Positions 55,029 through 62,188 of a stretch of 64,000 bases of DNA are shown here, piece by piece. The DNA lies in the NCBI GenBank assembly GCA_028279475.1, contig JANQNR010000011.1, positions 4,082 to 68,081 of the forward strand, in the 5' to 3' direction. The DNA is from Rickettsiales bacterium (lineage in GTDB: Bacteria; Pseudomonadota; Alphaproteobacteria; Rickettsiales; UBA998). Position 1 is the first letter of the stretch; each line of letters begins with the position of its first letter. The notes beneath the pieces are model-generated. The model saw nothing but the letters and a program-made list of their open reading frames with translations, made no database searches and was not told the origin of the DNA. A program made the position numbers and the translations under genes.

Positions 55029-55105
55029 GGGTCAGTAGCTCAGCTGGTTAGAGCACACGCCTGATAAGCGTGAGGTCGGTGGTTCAAGTCCACTCTGACC
55101 CACCA
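55029..55105 (+). tRNA. tRNA-Ile (anticodon GAU)
   Basis: GGGTCAGTAGCTCAGCTGGTTAGAGCACACGCCTGATAAGCGTGAGGTCGGTGGTTCAAGTCCACTCTGACCCACCA. Cloverleaf folded by eye: 7-bp acceptor stem GGGTCAG/CTGACCC, anticodon loop CTGATAA, encoded CCA. Confidence 0.95.
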
Positions 55106-55205
55106 TTTCAAACCGCAAATGATTAATGCCTAACAGTGACCTTGCTCGTTGGTCCTAACCACCTCTTATTAAAAATGCGAACAACGCTTACAGCGTTGCT
55201 TCGCG

Positions 55206-55230
55206 GGTTCAAGTCCACTCTGACCCACCA
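55206..55230 (+). repeat. exact 25-nt duplicate of the tRNA-Ile 3' end (att-like scar)
   Basis: GGTTCAAGTCCACTCTGACCCACCA is identical to 55081-55105. There is no matching 5' acceptor strand upstream, so it is not a second tRNA. Confidence 0.85.
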
Positions 55231-55328
55231 TCCGCTTTCGCTCATTTTTCCGAAAGCAAAATGTAGCTTCAGCGCGACGAGCTGAAGCGTGTGAAACGGA
55301 TGTCGCGCCGTAGCAAAGCGAAGGCGGA
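55231..55328. mobile_element. MITE-like element (family B-related) between tRNA-end copies
   Basis: Imperfect terminal inverted repeats TCCGCTTTCGCT... and ...AGCAAAGCGAAGGCGGA. Internal hairpin GCTTCAGC-GCGACGA-GCTGAAGC. Confidence 0.55.
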
Positions 55329-55385
55329 CGGTTCGAGCTTGCTCGTCTAAAGTCCACTATCTCAAACCGCAAATAACCAATACCT
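55329..55385 (+). repeat. third, degenerate copy of the tRNA-Ile 3' end plus its downstream flank
   Basis: GGTTC-(14 nt)-AAGTCCACT then ATCTCAAACCGCAAATAACCAATACC. Compare AAGTCCACTCTGACCCACCATTTCAAACCGCAAATGATTAATGCC at 55086-55130. Confidence 0.6.
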
Positions 55386-55502
55386 AAATTAAATTATTTG
55401 CCACACTTGAAAACTTTTTTCAGAGAATTAAACCTCTTCTCAATCCTATAGACTCCCATCGCCAACCATGTTATTTATGGCAGCATCATAAGGAGTTCGA
55501 CC

Positions 55503-55808
55503 ATGATGAAAGTCAGAATCTACCAACCTGCAAAAACGGCGATGCAATCGGGACGTGCCAAGACCAAAGCCTGGAAACTGGAATATGAGCCATCTGCCAG
55601 CCAATATGTCGAACCCCTGATGGGCTGGGTGGGGCAGCGTGATACGCAGCAACAGTTGAACCTGACCTTCGATACCAAAGAAGCTGCGATTCTGTATGCC
55701 GAGGATAATGGGCTGGATTACCGGGTGATCGAACCCAAAACCCGCAAGATTCGTCCGAAATCCTACGCCAGTAATTTTACCTTCCATCGGGTTCGCAAGA
55801 CCAGCTAA
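55503..55808 (+). CDS. ETC_C1_NDUFA4 / NDUFS4-like protein (bacterial homologue of the complex I 18-kDa subunit)
   Basis: KVRIYQPAKTAMQSGRAKTKAWKLEYEP...EPLMGWVGQRDTQQQLNLTFDTKEAAILYAEDNGLDYRVIEP. Confidence 0.85.
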   Translation: MMKVRIYQPAKTAMQSGRAKTKAWKLEYEPSASQYVEPLMGWVGQRDTQQQLNLTFDTKEAAILYAEDNGLDYRVIEPKTRKIRPKSYASNFTFHRVRKTS

Positions 55809-55811
55809 GGC

Positions 55812-56978
55812 GTGTCGTCTCCACACCTGATTCCCCCCGCCAATGCCGCCATGCTGCTAGGAGTGCGTGGGTTGGCGGCGATGTGGGTCTTCATCGGACA
55901 CCTGTTTATCTCCCCGGTGTATGATATGGGGTTCGTCCAGACCGATACCGACAGCGGGCTTGGGTGGCTGCACCATATCTTGTTTTTTCATTTTCTAGCC
56001 GTCGACCTGTTCTTAATGCTTAGCGGCTGCCTGCTCTATATCGGTTACCGTGATTATTTCGAGCAACCCAACAAATCTAAGGACATTGACCTGTTTTATT
56101 TTCATCGCCTCGCCCGGCTGTACCCACTTTATATACTCAGCGTTGGCATTATTGGCCTGTATGACTATCTGCACATCCCGCACCCGGTCTTTTCCGGACG
56201 TGAAGATGAGCTGTTCGAACATTGGGAGCTGACACTCCTGCTTAATGCCCTGTTCATGAATGCTTGGGGTATCGTTGCGGCAGCGTCCTGGAACGAGCCG
56301 TCCTGGACGCTCTCCATCATTATGCTGCTCTATGTTGTGTTCCCAAATATTGTGGTTGCACTGAAATATGCGCCGACGCGCCCGCTGCCCCTCATGCTGC
56401 TGATCTATGGGCTGACGCTGGGCTATTATATTGCGCGCCAGCAGATTGACGGGCTGAGCCATAGTGACGGCACCGGGGCATTGATGCGCGGGCTGGTGTT
56501 TTTTATTGTCGGCTGTCTGCTCGCTCGCATGGTACAGGGTGGTCATTGGCGTGAAGCGCGCTGGGACTGGTATTTGCCTGTCATTTTAGTCATCAACCTG
56601 GCGCTGATGATCCTTTGGCACGAAGCCGGCTGGCAGTTTGACATGCTGTGGTTCCATTTGCTCTATCCTCCCTTCATGCTAGCATTGTTCTATGTGCAAG
56701 GCCCTGCCACGAAATTGCTGGGCAACCGGATCATCGCTTTTACCGGCATCATCTCTTACGGCATTTACCTGCTGCACTACCCGCTATGCCTGCTGATTGA
56801 ATATCTGCTGGGTGACTGGCTGGCGACACAGGCAACCGGTCATGCGCTGGCAGATAGCTGGATTCACATAAGCGTGACGCTGTCGTTATGCTGGATTTCC
56901 TGGCTGTCCTATCGCTATTTTGAGAATCCAGCCAATCGCTATATCAAACAACTCTTCCCAATTAAACGCGGAGGGTAG
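55812..56978 (+). CDS. acyltransferase family 3 membrane protein
   Basis: GTG start. LGVRGLAAMWVFIGHL and about 10 TM helices, typical of the OafA/Acyl_transf_3 family. Confidence 0.8.
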   Translation: MSSPHLIPPANAAMLLGVRGLAAMWVFIGHLFISPVYDMGFVQTDTDSGLGWLHHILFFHFLAVDLFLMLSGCLLYIGYRDYFEQPNKSKDIDLFYFHRLARLYPLYILSVGIIGLYDYLHIPHPVFSGREDELFEHWELTLLLNALFMNAWGIVAAASWNEPSWTLSIIMLLYVVFPNIVVALKYAPTRPLPLMLLIYGLTLGYYIARQQIDGLSHSDGTGALMRGLVFFIVGCLLARMVQGGHWREARWDWYLPVILVINLALMILWHEAGWQFDMLWFHLLYPPFMLALFYVQGPATKLLGNRIIAFTGIISYGIYLLHYPLCLLIEYLLGDWLATQATGHALADSWIHISVTLSLCWISWLSYRYFENPANRYIKQLFPIKRGG

Positions 56979-56985
56979 CCTCGTT

Positions 56986-58467
56986 ATGCTGCATCACCTC
57001 TTCTCACGATTGCATGTCGCGCATCTGCTCTTTGCCGCACTGATCCTCGCCGGCATCGTGGCACCCGATGCGACCATTGCCGCCTTAACAGACACTACAA
57101 GATGGTTTGCCAGCACCTTCGGCTGGTTGGTGATGCTGTGCTGCGGCGTAATCGTCATCTTCTGCACCGTGATCGCGTTTGGACGCCATGGGCATACTAC
57201 GCTCGGACAACCAGGTGAACAGCCTACCTACCGGCTGAGTGCATGGCTGGCAATGCTGTTCGCCGCGGGTATGGGATCGGGGCTGGTGTTTTACGGTGCG
57301 GCAGAGCCGTTGATTCATTACATGCAACCTCCCCCCTCACTGGAGCCAGTATCACACGACGGCATGCGTGCGCGCAACGCCATGACCATCACCTTCTTTC
57401 ACTGGGGCATTCATGCCTGGGCGATTTATGCGCTGGCCGCACTTAGCATTGCCTATGTCAGCTATCGCCACCAGCGCCCGATGCTGCCCAGCGCTCCCAT
57501 TACCACCAGAAAACGCCGCGCCGAGTTGATTAACAGCTTAGCCATCATCGCCGTGGTGTTTGGCGTCGCCGGTGCATTGGCGCAGGGTGTGCTACAACTC
57601 TCCGACGCCGTCATGCGCCTGACCAACACGCATGAACTGCCTCCCATGACGCTTAAACTTGCCATATTGGCTGGGCTGGCCGGTAGCTTTCTGCTCTCGG
57701 CGTCCAGCGGTATTGGCTACGGCATCCGGCGGCTAAGTCAGTTCAACATGCTGTTGGCACTGGGACTGCTTGGCTTCGTCCTGCTCGCCGGTCCGACACA
57801 ATTCCTGTTGCATGGATTGTTCAGCGGCATCGGTGACTATCTTCAGCAGTTTGTCCGACTTTCCTTCGATATGCGTCCTTATGCCGATACACAAGGATGG
57901 ATGAGTGATTGGACGGTGCTGCTATTTTTGTGGTGGGTGGCATGGGCACCGTTTGTGGGTGTGTTCATCGCCCGCATCAGCAAAGGGCGCAACCTGCGCG
58001 AATTCATCCTTGGGGTGATGCTGGCACCGGTCGGATTCTCCTTCATCTGGTTTGCCTTGTTTGGCGGGACGGCACTGCATATGGAGCTGGTAACCAATCC
58101 CGGATTCGGCGCACTGGCCGATCAACCACAACGCACCACCTTCGCGCTACTGGATGCGCTACCTTATGCGCAAGTCACCTCTGCCATCGCATTCCTACTG
58201 CTATTCGTGTTCCTCGTCACCAGCGCCGATAGTGGGGCATATGTGCTGGGCATGTTCTCACACCATGGTGCACAGCGCCCTCCCGTGAAGGAACGGCTAT
58301 TCTGGGGCGGCATCATCACCCTGATTACGGCTGCATCCGTACTGACAGGCAAAGGCACCGAATTCTTCAAGAGCATCGCCATTTTTGGCGCCATTCCTTA
58401 TCTGTTCATCCTTATGGCGCAGATGGTAGGATTCTGGCGTGCGTTGCGCCGTGATGCATCGGATTAG
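56986..58467 (+). CDS. BCCT family (betaine/carnitine/choline) transporter
   Basis: WTVLLFLWWVAWAPFVGVFIARISKGRNLREF is the BCCT signature. Confidence 0.9.
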   Translation: MLHHLFSRLHVAHLLFAALILAGIVAPDATIAALTDTTRWFASTFGWLVMLCCGVIVIFCTVIAFGRHGHTTLGQPGEQPTYRLSAWLAMLFAAGMGSGLVFYGAAEPLIHYMQPPPSLEPVSHDGMRARNAMTITFFHWGIHAWAIYALAALSIAYVSYRHQRPMLPSAPITTRKRRAELINSLAIIAVVFGVAGALAQGVLQLSDAVMRLTNTHELPPMTLKLAILAGLAGSFLLSASSGIGYGIRRLSQFNMLLALGLLGFVLLAGPTQFLLHGLFSGIGDYLQQFVRLSFDMRPYADTQGWMSDWTVLLFLWWVAWAPFVGVFIARISKGRNLREFILGVMLAPVGFSFIWFALFGGTALHMELVTNPGFGALADQPQRTTFALLDALPYAQVTSAIAFLLLFVFLVTSADSGAYVLGMFSHHGAQRPPVKERLFWGGIITLITAASVLTGKGTEFFKSIAIFGAIPYLFILMAQMVGFWRALRRDASD

Positions 58468-58492
58468 TTGCATTTACCCCCATATATCTACT

Positions 58493-59851
58493 ATGAAAGC
58501 TCCTATGATTAAGACAGATACCGTTCACGTTAGATTTGCCCCCTCTCCCACCGGCTGGCTGCATGTCGGTAATGTGCGCACCGCACTGGTGAACTGGCTG
58601 TTCGCCCGCAAGCATGGTGGCTCTTTTCTGCTGCGCATTGATGATACGGACACAGAGCGCTCTCGCCCGGAGTATGATGCTGGGATCCAGGAAGACCTGC
58701 AATGGCTAGGGCTGGCATGGGACAGGCTGGAACGGCAGTCCGAGCGCGCTGCTCGCTATGAGGAAGCGAAACAACGCCTGCTGGATTCAGGACGCTTATA
58801 CCCCTGCTATGACACACCGCAGGAACTGGACATCAAGCGTAAAATGCTGATTAGCCGGGGCAAGCCACCGATTTATGACCGCGCGGCACTGGAACTCACT
58901 GATGCACAAAAACAGGCCTATGAGGCAGAGGGGCGCCGTCCGCATTACCGCTTTCTACTGCATGAGTCGGATGTTGCCTGGGACGATCTGATCCGCGGTC
59001 AGGTGAAGTTCAGCGGCCAGTTCGCCAGTGACCCGGTACTCATTCGGGAAGACGGTATCCCACTGTTCACCTTTGCCACCTGTGTTGATGATGCCGAGAT
59101 GGGCATCACCCATATTCTGCGCGGCGAAGACCATGTCAGCAACTCCGCCGTACAGGTGCAAATTTTTGAAGCACTCGGTCACAAAGCACCGGTGTTCGGA
59201 CATATGGCACTGCTGTCGATGAAACAGGGCAAATTGTCGAAACGTGAGGGCAGCGCCTCTATCCGGGATTTCCGGGAACAAGGGGCGATGCCACTGACGC
59301 TCAATTCCTATATGGCCAAAATCGGCACCTCCGACGCGATTGAACTGGCCGAGTCCATGGATCAATTGATAGCGCAATTCGACTGCGCCAAGTTCGGCCG
59401 CTCGACGGCGTTGTTTGAAGAGGAAGAGCTGGCACGCCTGAATGCCAAATTACTGCATGACCTACCTTACGGCGACGTGTCCGGATGGTTGAAAGCGCAC
59501 AATATGGATGTACCAGAATCATTCTGGAACCAGATTCGCGCCAATATTTCGCATCTGGACGAGGTCAAACATTGGTGGGAATTGCTGGCGCATCCAGTGA
59601 CCCCGGTCATTGAAGACAGCGACTATTGCAACCAGGCGGCCTCGCTATTGCCGGAAGGAGAGCTGACACCGGATTCCTGGAAGGAATTTACCCGCAGCAT
59701 TCAGGAGGCCACCGGGCGCAAGGGACGCCAACTCTTCATGCCGTTGCGCCTGGCACTCACCGCCCGCACCGACGGCCCGGAGCTGCCCGTCCTGTTTGCC
59801 CTGCTAGGACGTGACAAGGTGGAAAAACGCCTGCGTGGCATCGCCGCATAA
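58493..59851 (+). CDS. gltX: glutamate--tRNA ligase
   Basis: VRFAPSPTGWLHVGNVRTALVNWLFARKHGGSFLLRIDDTD, with KLSKR (KMSKS-type). The start could be 58493 or 58505. Confidence 0.95.
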   Translation: MKAPMIKTDTVHVRFAPSPTGWLHVGNVRTALVNWLFARKHGGSFLLRIDDTDTERSRPEYDAGIQEDLQWLGLAWDRLERQSERAARYEEAKQRLLDSGRLYPCYDTPQELDIKRKMLISRGKPPIYDRAALELTDAQKQAYEAEGRRPHYRFLLHESDVAWDDLIRGQVKFSGQFASDPVLIREDGIPLFTFATCVDDAEMGITHILRGEDHVSNSAVQVQIFEALGHKAPVFGHMALLSMKQGKLSKREGSASIRDFREQGAMPLTLNSYMAKIGTSDAIELAESMDQLIAQFDCAKFGRSTALFEEEELARLNAKLLHDLPYGDVSGWLKAHNMDVPESFWNQIRANISHLDEVKHWWELLAHPVTPVIEDSDYCNQAASLLPEGELTPDSWKEFTRSIQEATGRKGRQLFMPLRLALTARTDGPELPVLFALLGRDKVEKRLRGIAA

Positions 59852-59897
59852 CAGTATTGTCACACCACTGTCATGGCATTCCTGCTAAGCTGATGCA

Positions 59898-61313
59898 GTG
59901 ACTTCCCCCCTGAACATTCAAACCATCGAGGTGCGTGACGCCATTGGCGGCGGGATAGCAGCGGCTCTCCATGCGCCCGCGAACGCACCAGCAGGATCAC
60001 TGGCACCGCTAGCCGCATTCCTCAATCAGCAACCCGGCATTCGCGCCACGCCGGCCTATCTAGAGGAACAACAAACACACGCTTTACAAATCAGCGGGCT
60101 CAGGGACGAACCACAACTGCAACAGCTGTTATTACAACAGTGGCCCGCCTGGAACCATGATACCGGGCATAACATACCCATCACCTTTGATCATGCCCTA
60201 CATTTTGACAGACAGAATGATACAAAGGCAGGCGTGATTTCTGGATTTGTCCAACAGCATGCCAGCCAACTAGCCAGCCTGAGCTACTTGATCGGCAATC
60301 TCGGCATTCTCTATTCCGCCTGGAATAACCCGGCATCTAACGGCACACCGTCCGATGCACACCGCCATGACTGGTTCAAAGCCTATAGCTCCGTTGCCTA
60401 TTCTCTTGCGACCATCACGTTGACCATGAGCGCGCATAACGCCGATACGCCCCGTGACATCGCTACCATCATCGAACAGAATTACCCGCAACCCAGTAGC
60501 GATTCTCAGGCCAAAAAACTCTGGCGGGACATGTGCAGCTTTATTCGCACCCATCCATGGGAAATCAGCAGCGCCATCAATGCCACCGCCGCCGGTGCGC
60601 ATCTGATATCCGCAGCTGGCAGAGCCATAGCTGGCAGCACCTCCGCACGTTATGAGGCACTTTCCGCACTCGGCACCATCACGGCCATGGGGCTGGTACT
60701 GTTTACGCCCTCTCCACGCATAGATCATGCTGGCTTTCCCTCGGATGCACCAAATATCTTGGAAACTGCTGAAACGATCAACACGCAGGCACCGGAAGGA
60801 CACGGCCTGTTACAGCAGGCACAAAGTTTCTGGCAATGGATGCAGCACAACCCTCTGTTCGTCCCGGCAGCACTTCAGGCAGTGTCCAATGCCGGATATG
60901 GCGTAGCGGCACTCAAGCGGCAGCCAGTTGACAGAGGACTACTGACCGCATCAGCAGCGTGGCTGACCGGCAACCTGATTCAGACGCAGGCTGCTCCTTC
61001 ACGTACGCCGTCATTCGATGCGCTCATCACTCAGGCGGCTGATACGATCCGCAGTGATCCACGGCTGGCAAATGAAGATGCGCAAGCGATCGACCGACGT
61101 ATTCACAACCTGTCCGCCTCCCTGCATCGACAGCGAGATATTCCCCTATCAACGCATCAGATTGAAAGTGGTATCCGCCACCAGCTGGCAAAACAATCCA
61201 TTGAAGAATCGGAAACCATCATACAGGAAAGTCCTTTTATTTCAGAAGGGCACGCACAGCAGGTATTGCAAGAGCGTAGCACAATTGCACGGACTGGCAT
61301 CGCTAGTCTTTAA
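59898..61313 (+). CDS. hypothetical protein (471 aa) with several predicted TM segments
   Basis: GTG-initiated ORF. Ala/Gln-rich. No family recognised. Confidence 0.5.
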   Translation: MTSPLNIQTIEVRDAIGGGIAAALHAPANAPAGSLAPLAAFLNQQPGIRATPAYLEEQQTHALQISGLRDEPQLQQLLLQQWPAWNHDTGHNIPITFDHALHFDRQNDTKAGVISGFVQQHASQLASLSYLIGNLGILYSAWNNPASNGTPSDAHRHDWFKAYSSVAYSLATITLTMSAHNADTPRDIATIIEQNYPQPSSDSQAKKLWRDMCSFIRTHPWEISSAINATAAGAHLISAAGRAIAGSTSARYEALSALGTITAMGLVLFTPSPRIDHAGFPSDAPNILETAETINTQAPEGHGLLQQAQSFWQWMQHNPLFVPAALQAVSNAGYGVAALKRQPVDRGLLTASAAWLTGNLIQTQAAPSRTPSFDALITQAADTIRSDPRLANEDAQAIDRRIHNLSASLHRQRDIPLSTHQIESGIRHQLAKQSIEESETIIQESPFISEGHAQQVLQERSTIARTGIASL

Positions 61314-62077
61314 GGCACCGTCCCCCGCACCACAAAATGCGGGTTTTTAAAACCGGGCTTGTCATACCTTAGCGGCTGGCCGGTCTCCATGACCTGTACT
61401 ACACCACCTGCCGCTTCTACGATGGCTTGTCCAGCCGCCGTGTCCCACTCCATTGTCGGCCCAATGCGTGGATACAGATCAGCACTGCCTTCCGCCACCA
61501 GGCAAAACTTGTAGGCGCTCGACACCGGCGTGAATTGCGTCACACCATAGGTCTCGCGTAATTCCTGCTCCCTGCCGGAACCATGATAGGTACTGATAAG
61601 GGCATGTAATCCCCCCTTGCCCGGCGAACGCGTCCTGATGGTTTCACGATGACCATCGGCATCCACCCGCTCGGCTCCATGCCCAATAATACCGGCATAG
61701 AGTGTAGCCAGCGCTGGCGCCAGCATCACCCCCATCACTGGAGCGCCCTCCACTACCAATCCAATATTGACCGTGAAATAATCCTCTCCTCGAATGAACC
61801 CCTTGGTACCGTCCAGCGGATCCACACACCAGAATGTATTGTCAGCGATAGACTGCTCTCCCTCCTCTGAAACGACAGAAATCTGCGGCGTTAAAGCCTT
61901 TAACCCATTGCAAATCAAGCGATCCGCCGCCTGATCGGCCTCGGTCACCGGGGAATGATCCGCTTTCTGCACAGGCGTCACACCCTGTGCCCTGTGGTGC
62001 ATAATCAACGCACCGGCCTCACGCGCCAACGCCTCAACCTCAGGTAGCCAGTCTACATTATAGGGTTCCTGCATCAT
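61310..62077 (-). CDS. cysQ: 3'(2'),5'-bisphosphate nucleotidase CysQ (inositol monophosphatase family)
   Basis: VSEEGEQS...WCVDPLDGTKGFIRGEDYFTVNIGLV...WDTAAGQAIV. Confidence 0.85.
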   Translation of the reverse strand: MMQEPYNVDWLPEVEALAREAGALIMHHRAQGVTPVQKADHSPVTEADQAADRLICNGLKALTPQISVVSEEGEQSIADNTFWCVDPLDGTKGFIRGEDYFTVNIGLVVEGAPVMGVMLAPALATLYAGIIGHGAERVDADGHRETIRTRSPGKGGLHALISTYHGSGREQELRETYGVTQFTPVSSAYKFCLVAEGSADLYPRIGPTMEWDTAAGQAIVEAAGGVVQVMETGQPLRYDKPGFKNPHFVVRGTVP

Positions 62078-62188
62078 TCCATACTATGTTCATACTCCAC
62101 CTTGCGCCGCAACAACGAATTTCCTTGCTTTTGAAAGCCATCGTAATAGAAGCTGTAATCATAGCCACCAGCCATTTATTTATACGCC

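Noticed and set aside
55150-55232. A second tRNA gene at the duplicated GGTTCAAGTCCACTCTGACCCACCA.
   Set aside because: There is no complementary 5' acceptor strand (GGGTCAG) about 70 nt upstream. The preceding hairpin (CAACGC-TTACA-GCGTTG) has a 5-nt loop, and the T-stem would not pair. It is a 3'-end duplicate only.
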